17,974 nt of DNA from Dehalococcoidia bacterium (GTDB lineage Bacteria > Chloroflexota > Dehalococcoidia > Lucifugimonadales > UBA3495), in NCBI GenBank assembly GCA_030740155.1, contig JASLXV010000064.1:1-17974 (forward strand), read 5' to 3'. Position numbers and translations under genes: made by a program. Each line of letters begins with the position of its first letter. The stretch's first letter is position 1. Of the stretch, positions 1 to 7,562 are shown one piece after another. A model generated the notes under the pieces. The model was not told where the DNA came from. It ran no database searches and was given only the letters and a program-made list of their open reading frames with translations.

Positions 1-140
1 ACAGCGCAGAAAGGAGGTGAAGGCTCAAACGATCGATAGGCGAAGACTTCATAACCGGACCCTCAGGCAGCTCACCCAAGCTCTTCCACACCTCTGATCT
101 CTCGGGTCCCAAACTGTCCCATTTGTGCTGGTTGCCAACA

Positions 141-695
141 ATGGCGCGCACCCCCACTGTAACCCGAGACCAAGTACCCGAGAAGTACCGTGAAGCCTTC
201 GACCATGAAGTGGCCATTAGCCGAGGCAACATGGAAAACGGACCGGGATCGGTGATGATCAACAGCCCCGAGATGCGAAAACGCGCCAATCACCTGGTCT
301 TTTACTTCAGGGAGCAGTCGGAACTGCCGCAGAAGATTCAAGAGATGGCGATGATCTTGACCGCGAGGGCCAAGGACTGCCAATACATTTGGTTCGCCCA
401 CGCCGCCAGGGCTCGTCAACAGGGAATCAGCAACGAGTTCGCGGACGCGCTCCGGGACAAAAAGCCCCTGCCCAAACTGCCACCCGACGAACAGATCGTC
501 GTGGACTACGCAACCGAACTGTTCACCACCAACCGGGTCAGCCAGGGGACGTTTCAAGCCGCTCTGGACCATTTCGGAGCCCTGCTACTGACGGAGTTGA
601 CCACTATGATGGGGTACTACTCCCTGCTCGCCCTGAACGTCAACGCCTTCGAGGTCGACGTTCCTGAAGGGGGCGAGAAGCCACTGGTGGTTTAG
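141..695 (+). CDS. Carboxymuconolactone decarboxylase / AhpD-like family protein
   Basis: ORF of ~184 aa from ATG 141. It has the CMD-like pattern ELPQKIQEMAMILTARAKDCQYIWFAHAARARQQGIS and a typical C-terminus, ELTTMMGYYSLLALNVNAFEV. No SD directly upstream, so the start is uncertain. Confidence 0.8.
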   Translation: MARTPTVTRDQVPEKYREAFDHEVAISRGNMENGPGSVMINSPEMRKRANHLVFYFREQSELPQKIQEMAMILTARAKDCQYIWFAHAARARQQGISNEFADALRDKKPLPKLPPDEQIVVDYATELFTTNRVSQGTFQAALDHFGALLLTELTTMMGYYSLLALNVNAFEVDVPEGGEKPLVV

Positions 696-882
696 GAAAC
701 AGGGTCTAACCGTATACGGAACCGGTAGACCAAGGCTGCGGCGCCCCGGCGGCCATCACAATTGGGACCCGGCAGGACCCCGGGGAGTCAGGGGTGTGGA
801 TGCCGGCCGGCCCTCCCCATGACCGGGGCGCCGGCATCAAGCGGGAATTTACCTGCCGCCCGATGCCGGGCCAATTCTCCGT

Positions 883-1686
883 CTAATTTAGCCCTTCCTC
901 GCCCATCCATTGTGGCGAGCGCTTCTCCACGAAGGCTCGCATCCCCTCGAGCCGGTCGGGGGAATTCACCTGTCGGTCCACCCAGAAGTAGCTATTGTTC
1001 ATGGCCGCTTCCAGAGGCAGGTCGAGCCCGGTCGTCGCCGCCTGCTTGCTGCCACGGACCGACATGGGCGCGCACTCCATTACTTCATTGGCCCATCGCT
1101 CCGCGGTGGCCAGCAGGTCCGCCAGGGGTACTACCTCGTTGGCCAGACCCAGGCGGTAGGCGTCCTGCGCCGAAAGGCGCTTGCCGGTCAGCATCATTCC
1201 CATGGCCACCTTCATGGGAACCTGGCGGGGGAGACGGTGCATCCCGCCGGCGCCCGCCGTCAGGCCCACTCGCGGCTCCGGCAGGCCAAACTCGGCGTGG
1301 TCGGCGGCGATGATGATGTCGCACGCCAGAGCCAGCTCGAAGCCACCTCCCAGGGCGAAGCCGTTGACCGCGGCGATCACCGGTTTCCACAGCTTGAACC
1401 GGGGATTCGTGAACCCGCCAAAGCCTCCTAGCGGCGGCAATGGCGGCCGTTCCCCCGAAAGGGCCAATTCGGTCGAGAACTTCAGGTCGTTACCCGCGCT
1501 GAATGCCTTTTCTCCTGCTCCGGTGATTATGGCAACCCGGAGATTAGGGTCGGAGTCGAAGTCCTCCCAAACCTTGAACATCTCGTGGTGGGCAAGCACG
1601 TGCAAGGCGTTTCGCACCTCCGGCCGGTTGATCGTCACCCAGGCGATGTGGCCTCGTTTCTCGTACTTGACGTATTTAAGATCCAT
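883..1686 (-). CDS. Enoyl-CoA hydratase/isomerase (crotonase) family protein
   Basis: 267 aa with motifs VTINRPEVRNAL, AFSAGNDLK, KPVIAAVNGFALGGGFELALACD and EFGLPEPRVGL (both catalytic-type Glu present). SD AAGGAGG upstream. Confidence 0.95.
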   Translation of the reverse strand: MDLKYVKYEKRGHIAWVTINRPEVRNALHVLAHHEMFKVWEDFDSDPNLRVAIITGAGEKAFSAGNDLKFSTELALSGERPPLPPLGGFGGFTNPRFKLWKPVIAAVNGFALGGGFELALACDIIIAADHAEFGLPEPRVGLTAGAGGMHRLPRQVPMKVAMGMMLTGKRLSAQDAYRLGLANEVVPLADLLATAERWANEVMECAPMSVRGSKQAATTGLDLPLEAAMNNSYFWVDRQVNSPDRLEGMRAFVEKRSPQWMGEEGLN

Positions 1687-1785
1687 TCTTCGCCTCCTTC
1701 ATATGCAAGTCGCAGCCTGGTTGAGAGCAGTCCGAAGGCGCGGTGGTTGTTCAATCCGCGTGCGGCGGGCCGCCACTCCGAAAGC

Positions 1786-1791
1786 ATTATA
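1786..1791 (-). promoter_or_regulatory. Candidate -10 box (TATAAT) for the crotonase gene
   Basis: Perfect TATAAT on the minus strand ~100 nt upstream of the crotonase start. The -35 match is weak. Confidence 0.4.
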
Positions 1792-1882
1792 CTTCGTCCC
1801 ACCGGCAACGGAAACAAAATAAGATGTAGGGCGCGGCCCCGTGAAGCCGCAAGCGGAATCCACGCCCTGAACGACGATTCTG

Positions 1883-1911
1883 TTTACAACTCAAGGGCTA
1901 CGTTGTACTAT
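1883..1911 (+). promoter_or_regulatory. Sigma70-type promoter of the thiolase/DUF35 operon
   Basis: TTTACA (1883-1888), 17-nt spacer, TACTAT (1906-1911), then SD AAGGAG and ATG 1943. Overlapped by the inverted repeat TACAAC-N11-GTTGTA. Confidence 0.6.
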
Positions 1912-1942
1912 ACGCCAAGCAACAGGTAAGGAGTTGTGAGCC

Positions 1943-3121
1943 ATGAGTCTCAGGGGCAAAGCTTGCATAATTGGCATCGGCGAGACGCCGCATCGGAGGA
2001 ACTGGCCAGGTAGGACCGAGCGCGGCCTGTGCGCTGAGGCCGCTGCCATGGCCATCGCCGACGCCGGTCTCCGCAGAGAGGACATCGACGGCCTCATCAC
2101 CTTCGGGGGTCCGACCTACCCCGGACCCATGGCAGAGTACATCGGAGTCCGCCCGATCCATTACCAGGCGGGCGTGAGCATGATGGGCTCGAGTTCCGGG
2201 GTGGCCCTCACAACGGCCGCGGCCGTGGTTCACTCCGGGATTGCCAAGTACATCCTCTGCGTGTTCGGTGGGGGGCGCGACGTCGCCTGGGACCGGCGCA
2301 TGCTGGTCGTCGGGCCCAACACGCGCACCGAGTTCGAAGACCCCTACGGGATGGCTGCCGGGGCCAACACGATGTACGGGCTCCTCTACACCCGGCACAT
2401 GCACGAGTACGGCACCAAACCCGAGCAGCTTGCCAAGTTGGCGGTGGACCAACGGTTCAACACGCTGAAGAACCCTCGCTCCGCGTTCGCCGCCGCCGGG
2501 CCCATCACTATCGACGATGTTCTCGCCTCCCGTTACGTAAACTACCCCCTGCACCTGCTGGAGTGCGTCATGCCGGTTGCCGGCGCCGCAGCCTACATCG
2601 TGGCCTCGCCGGACAACGCCAAAGCGTCTCCCAACCCTCGCGTCTTCGTCCTCGGGGCAGGCGTCCACGGGGGGTACGCGTCGAGCTGGACAAACCCCAG
2701 GATGACCACGGTGCCAGCGGCCATATCGGCCCGAAGCGCCTTCGAGATGTCCGGGTATAGCCCGAATGATATAGAGTTCGCTGAATTCTATGATTGATAC
2801 ACCATCCTCGCGGCCGTGAGCCTCGAAGATGCCGGATTCTGCAAGAAGGGTGAGATTGGTCCCTTCCTGGAGTCTACGGACCTGACTTACAACGGGACCT
2901 TCCCGGTCAACACCGATGGCGGCCAGCTCTCGTCGGGCCAGTTGAATCCCGCCGGGGCCAGCGGGTGCCAGCAGATCCTGGAGGCGTTCCGCCAGTTGAC
3001 AGGCCGCGCCGCCGAAGAGGGGCGCCAGGTATCCAAACACGACTTGTGTATGATCAACACTTGAGGGGGACCTCCGGGACAGATGGTCTCGGCAGTTCTC
3101 GGCACCGAAGCCGCCCTCTAG
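1943..3121 (+). CDS. Thiolase-superfamily (SCP2-thiolase/Ltp2-like) protein, predicted selenoprotein with two in-frame UGA codons (U285, U374), 392 aa
   Basis: One continuous frame: ACIIGIGET...AIADAGLRREDIDGL...IEFAEFYD-TGA(2795-2797)-YTILAAVSLEDAGFCKKGE...PVNTDGGQLS...EAFRQLTGRA...LCMINT-TGA(3062-3064)-GGPPGQMVSAVLGTEAAL-TAG(3119-3121). Read-through gives a normal thiolase length and ends just before the DUF35 start. Confidence 0.85.
2803..2831 (+). promoter_or_regulatory. Candidate bacterial SECIS hairpin after UGA 2795-2797
   Basis: CAUCCUCGCGGC [CGUGA] GCCUCGAAGAUG: 10 of 12 positions pair. The loop starts 17 nt after the UGA and has G at loop position 2. Confidence 0.65.
3066..3100 (+). 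promoter_or_regulatory. Candidate bacterial SECIS hairpin after UGA 3062-3064
   Basis: GGGGAC-CU-CCGGGAC [AGAUG] GUCUCGG-CA-GUUCUC: 7-bp upper stem and 6-bp lower stem (with G-U pairs). The loop starts 16 nt after the UGA and has G at loop position 2. Confidence 0.6.
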
Positions 3122-3132
3122 GATGGATGACC

Positions 3133-3549
3133 ATGACTAACCAATATGAAAAGCCGCTTCCTATCCCAGAGAACCCGGCGCCTACCCGGCCCTACTGGGA
3201 GGCGGCGAAACGGCACGAACTGGTACAGCCCCGCTGCAAGAGGTGCAACGACTTCTTCTGGTATCCCAGGGAGCAGTGCCCCAACTGCTTCTCCCAGGAC
3301 CTGGAATGGGTGACCGTCAGCGGCAAGGGTAAGGTCTACGCCTACACCATCGTCTACCAGACGACGCACCCCGCCTTCCAGGATGATGCGCCCCACGTCC
3401 TGGCCGCCATCGACCTGGAGGAGGGCACCCGGCTGATTTCCAACGTGATAGGGTGCCCCGTTGAGGATGTCAAGATCGACATGCCGGTGACCGTTGTCTT
3501 CGACGACGTAACTCCGGAGTGGACGCTGCCCAAATTCAAGCCTGCTTAA
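3133..3549 (+). CDS. Zn-ribbon/OB-fold protein (DUF35 / ChsH2-like), thiolase partner
   Basis: KPLPIP...PYWEAAKRHELVQPRCKRC...YPREQCPNC (CxxC-x10-CxxC), then VSGKGKVYAYT and IDLEEGTRLISNV. Start at ATG 3133 (or 3127), directly after the thiolase TAG. Confidence 0.92.
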   Translation: MTNQYEKPLPIPENPAPTRPYWEAAKRHELVQPRCKRCNDFFWYPREQCPNCFSQDLEWVTVSGKGKVYAYTIVYQTTHPAFQDDAPHVLAAIDLEEGTRLISNVIGCPVEDVKIDMPVTVVFDDVTPEWTLPKFKPA

Positions 3550-3600
3550 AGCCGGTCCCAGTAGCCGGCAACCGGCACAGTTGGACTCTCTCTCCAAACC

Positions 3601-3632
3601 GTCATTCCGATAAGCGAAGCGACGAAGAATCT
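3601..3632. repeat. Degenerate REP-like half element
   Basis: GTCATTCCGATAAGCGAAGCGACGAAGAATCT resembles the widespread GTCATTCTGAGCGAAGCGAAGAATCT-type intergenic palindromic repeat. Single, degenerate copy. Confidence 0.35.
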
Positions 3633-3811
3633 AGTGCGGGGTCCCGCCACGGGACCACCGATCTCCGTGAATCGCTCAACCTCCGGCGCTTAGGCGCCGT
3701 CCAGCATCGGGATAGCCGTTTTCATTGACACCATGTACCTCTTCCTTCAGTGTGGAGTTTGCCTTACATCGGAATTCCGCCGTTTGGCATGAACTCACTG
3801 GGAGGTCCGCC

Positions 3812-4774
3812 ATGGGCATCGTTAACACGGTCCTTGGACCCATAGATTCCAGCGAACTGGGAGTCACCCTCAGCCACGAGCACATCGCCACGGGGTCGGC
3901 CGGAATGCACCGAACCTATCCCCAATTCTTCGACCGCGAGACCGTGATACGGGACGCCGTTGCAGCCTTGAAGGAGGCCCATGCCGAGGGGATTAGGTCC
4001 TACATCGAGCCCACCACCTTCGACATGGGCCGGGATATCGAGCTGATACAAGAGGTATCCAGACTGAGCGGCGTCCACATCGTCGCCGCCACCGGCAGCC
4101 ACCAAGCCATACCCCGCGTCTTCCGCACCGCGTCTCCTGACGCCATCGCGCCTCTGTTTATCAAAGAGGTGGAAGAGGGCATCGAGGACACGGGCGTCAA
4201 AGCAGGAATCATCAAATCGGCCAGCGACAGAGGTGGCGTAACCGATCTGGAGGAGACCGTGCTTCGGGCCGTCGCCAGGGCCAGCAAGCACACCGGGGCG
4301 CCCGTCTTCACCCACACCTGGTCTCCCGACCGGGTGGGGGAGCAACAGGTCCGCATCCTCCAGGACGAAGGTATGGACATGAGCCGAGTCTACATTGGAC
4401 ACAGCAACGACACCCGGGACGTGGACTACATCGTCGGACTGCTCGAGACCGGGGTTTGGGTCGGCTTGGACCGGTTTCCCGGTGGCCGGTTCCCGGGCGT
4501 CCCACTCTGGCAAGAGCGCACCCAAATCGTCAAGCGACTGATCGATGAGGGCTGGGGTGGACGGATCATGCTGGGCCACGACTACTCCTTGCCCAGCGGC
4601 CAACCTACGCCGGAGATGCGGGAGCAGCGGGCCAAGTATCAACCGGAGGGGTACAGCTTCATATCACGGCATGTCCTGCCCTACTTGAAGGAGCTGGGAG
4701 TTACCGGCGACGCCATCCAACAGATCATGGTCGAGAACCCGCGCCGGTTTCTGGAAGGACCGGCCACCCGCTAG
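3812..4774 (+). CDS. Phosphotriesterase-like (PTE/PHP) amidohydrolase-superfamily protein
   Basis: ATG 3812 after SD GGAGG. Motifs VNTVLGPI...LGVTLSHEH (HxH), GIIK, FTHT, IGHS, LGHD and IMVENPRRFL; 320 aa. Confidence 0.92.
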   Translation: MGIVNTVLGPIDSSELGVTLSHEHIATGSAGMHRTYPQFFDRETVIRDAVAALKEAHAEGIRSYIEPTTFDMGRDIELIQEVSRLSGVHIVAATGSHQAIPRVFRTASPDAIAPLFIKEVEEGIEDTGVKAGIIKSASDRGGVTDLEETVLRAVARASKHTGAPVFTHTWSPDRVGEQQVRILQDEGMDMSRVYIGHSNDTRDVDYIVGLLETGVWVGLDRFPGGRFPGVPLWQERTQIVKRLIDEGWGGRIMLGHDYSLPSGQPTPEMREQRAKYQPEGYSFISRHVLPYLKELGVTGDAIQQIMVENPRRFLEGPATR

Positions 4775-5083
4775 CAACGTTGGTCCGCCTGCCCGCCAGA
4801 AAGGGTGGCACTCTATCCCCAGGTATTCATTATGAGGCATTCGCGTTAGACACGGATTGTTTGGTGATTACAATCAACCTACCCCAAAGTCATGGTGGAT
4901 ACGATTGTCTGCCACACGAGGTAGCTTCCAGCGACGGCCTGTCGATGGGAGGCCCGGCACAACGTCCGACCCGCGTCGCATGAGATAGTTACCACGATGG
5001 CTCCAAGCGTCGGGCTTCGGGGACAAGTTCTTAGTTAAGCCGGCGGTTGATGTCCCCAACAACAACCCAAAAGGAGCGACTAT

Positions 5084-5330
5084 ATGCTTTTCATGATCAC
5101 CCAGGTTCATACTCCTGAGGCTTGCCCCTTCGGCGAAGGGGGGGTTGGATATCCTCTTCAACAAGAATGCAAAAGGCATCACCCTGAAAGGGCGCTGGGG
5201 GGCCTGGGCCCACCACACCATCTGGTACCTCGTGGAGGCCGAAGACGCCGCGGCCATCCAGGGTTCCTTGGAGCCCGGGTTTAAGCGGTCCACGGCCACG
5301 GTCGAGCCTGTGGGAGATGCGTCCATCTAG
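5084..5330 (+). pseudogene. Small (81 aa if restored) DUF3303/GYD-like ferredoxin-fold protein, frameshifted in a G7 run
   Basis: SD AAGGAG, then MLFMITQVHTPEACPFGEGG. Removing one G from 5138-5144 joins it to LDILFNKNAKGITLKGRWGAWAHHTIWYLVEAEDAAAIQ...ATVEPV. The family call is tentative. Confidence 0.6.
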
Positions 5331-5814
5331 CGGTGTCCGGCACGACAGGCTGATGCAGCCTCTTCCAACACCAGCAGGGTCTCGACAGTTCTTAGTGGGC
5401 TAGTTCCGCCTCCAAGAGGCATAGTTGGTCGACACTCTGCTGGTATAAGCTGTCCCCGGCGCCCAGGTCAAGACCACCGGCAACGTTGCTGAGGCCGGCC
5501 GGGGAGGGGGCGTCTTAGATCGAAGCCGGGCGTAGTGTGGCTGATGACCTCAGAGCGTGAAGCGTTCGCCGGGCTCGGCGAAACAACTAAACACGCTACG
5601 GCGGAGCCGGCCGCAGACCCGGAATCCGCGGGCCGGTCGAGATGGAGACCGGGCTGACACACCCGGACTTCGACTGACTTCCCCGTAACAACCGCGGGTG
5701 GCTCGCGAATCACGAACTGGGAAGCCGGCGATTGGCACGGGGCTGTCCACTACGAAACGCCCAGGGGGCTGAGCGATGGGACCAGGACAAGATGGCGGCA
5801 GGGAGCCCGGAGAC

Positions 5815-7245
5815 ATGGCCGCGGAACCGATGGCTGTCGCCTATGCCCGGTTCAGGCGAGATTACCCCGCGTACGAAACCACCACCTCGCTGGACGATCT
5901 GCGTGCCCGGGAGTACGGCCGCCTCGAAGAGCAGAATCAGCCGTACCTGGACTATACCGGTGGCGGGCTATACGCCGACTCCCAGTTGCAGGACCACCTG
6001 GGGCTGCTAAGGCAAGGGGTGTTAGGCAATCCCCACTCCACGAGCCCGGCGTCTGAGGCGAGCACCATTTTGGTGGATCGCGCCCGAAACTACGTTCTGG
6101 AGTATTTCAACGCATCACCCGAAGAGTACGTGGCCATCTTCACCCCCAACGCCACCGGGGCCATCAAGCTCGTGGGAGAATCGTACCCCTTCGGCCCGGG
6201 GGGGCAATACCTGCTGACCTTCGACAACCACAACTCGATCAACGGCATACGCGAGTTCGCCCGGGCCAAAGGGGCCAGCGTGACCTACGTCCCGGTGATG
6301 CCACCGGAACTCCGGCTGGATGAGAACAGACTGGCCGGTGGCCTGGGCGACGCTCAAGCGGGAAGCAACAACCTGTTCGCTTACCCAATACAATCCAACT
6401 TCTCCGGAGTTCAGCACCCGCTGGAGTGGATAGCCGAGGCCCAAGCAAAGGGATGGGATGTACTGGCCGACTGCGCGGCTTTTCTGCCAACCAATCGGCT
6501 GGACCTGAGCAAATGGCACCCGGACTTCGTTCCCCTCTCGTTCTACAAAATCTTTGGCTACCCCACGGGAGTCGGGTGCTTGCTGGCCCGCAAGGCCGCA
6601 CTGGCCAAACTCTCCAAGCCCTGGTTTGCCGGTGGAACCATTACCATGGCCTCAGTCCAGGCCGACGACCGTTTCTTGGCCGAAGGCGAGGCGGCCTTCG
6701 AAGAAGGGACCATTAACTACCTCAACCTGCCTGCCGTGGAGATAGGTCTCAAACACGTTGCAGCCGTCGGAGTGGACAAGGTTCACGCGAGGGTAGCCTG
6801 TCTGACCGGTTGGATGTTGGAGGACCTGATATCCATAAGGCACGGAAACGGATCGCCGTTAGTCAAGGTGTACGGCCCGACCGATATGATAGATCGTGGC
6901 GGGACGGTTGCTATCAACTTCTATGATCCCAACGGTGACCTAATCGACCATCGGCGGGTTGAAGCTCTCGCCGGCAGCGAGCGAATCTCGCTGAGGACCG
7001 GCTGTTTCTGCAATCCGGGCGCCGGCGAAATAGCCCATGGCTTGACCAAGGAAGATATGGACGAGGCCTTCAAGAACGACGAGAGGATGACCTTCGACCA
7101 GTTTCTCAGCATCCTCGAGCGGCGAGACGGGAAAAGCGCCGGGGCGGTACGAATTTCGCTGGGATTGGTCAGCAACTTTGAAGACGTGTACCGGATGGCG
7201 CTCTTCGCGAGGGGGTTCGTCGACAAGCTCGCGGCGGGTGTCTGA
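5815..7245 (+). CDS. Aminotransferase class V PLP-dependent enzyme (molybdenum cofactor sulfurase / cysteine desulfurase-like)
   Basis: YLDYTGGGLY, GNPHS, FTPNATGAIKLVGE, DNHNSINGIRE, SFYKIFGYPTGVGCL (PLP Lys), LRTGCFCNPGA (persulfide Cys region), GAVRISLG. Alternative starts at 5776 and 5830. Confidence 0.88.
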   Translation: MAAEPMAVAYARFRRDYPAYETTTSLDDLRAREYGRLEEQNQPYLDYTGGGLYADSQLQDHLGLLRQGVLGNPHSTSPASEASTILVDRARNYVLEYFNASPEEYVAIFTPNATGAIKLVGESYPFGPGGQYLLTFDNHNSINGIREFARAKGASVTYVPVMPPELRLDENRLAGGLGDAQAGSNNLFAYPIQSNFSGVQHPLEWIAEAQAKGWDVLADCAAFLPTNRLDLSKWHPDFVPLSFYKIFGYPTGVGCLLARKAALAKLSKPWFAGGTITMASVQADDRFLAEGEAAFEEGTINYLNLPAVEIGLKHVAAVGVDKVHARVACLTGWMLEDLISIRHGNGSPLVKVYGPTDMIDRGGTVAINFYDPNGDLIDHRRVEALAGSERISLRTGCFCNPGAGEIAHGLTKEDMDEAFKNDERMTFDQFLSILERRDGKSAGAVRISLGLVSNFEDVYRMALFARGFVDKLAAGV

Positions 7246-7562
7246 GCACCGGGTGCGCTAGCCGGGTCAGCCCCGTGGGCCATAAGCGAAAGTGGGAAGC
7301 CGCAGAGAGGACCGGAGAGCGAACCCCCTGTTCCTGAACTTGATCCGGCGATACTTGTAGGTGGCCGGCGTATCGGGGATTGCGGCCCCGGAGGGGCTGT
7401 CCTGGCGCCCGGTCGACAGCCCTCTTTCAAGGCACCGACCTGACCGAATTTGAGTCAGACCCACGCTGGAGATGACCCCTGGCCTATTATCGCTCACGGT
7501 CCACATTAATATGATTGGGCCGCTGCCCAGCACCATTTAATCGACGCCAAGGAGGCATCATT

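Noticed and set aside
2816..3064. 82-aa ORF as an independent gene
   Set aside because: It is the in-frame middle part of the thiolase between the two UGAs and has no SD.
5340..5775. Small ORFs or ncRNA upstream of the PLP enzyme
   Set aside because: No SD-linked ORF with recognisable motifs and no clear RNA family signature.
7243..7443. Read-through of the TGA ending the PLP enzyme (and likewise the VOC and UGSC-fusion terminal TGAs)
   Set aside because: The proteins are already complete at these stops, and where I translated the downstream frame it showed no recognisable motif.
7260..7500. Possible cobalamin riboswitch or other ncRNA in the intergenic region
   Set aside because: Only scattered fragments (GGGAAG, GAGTCAGA) match and the conserved core order is missing. 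One hairpin near 7391-7425 may be a terminator but is not convincing.
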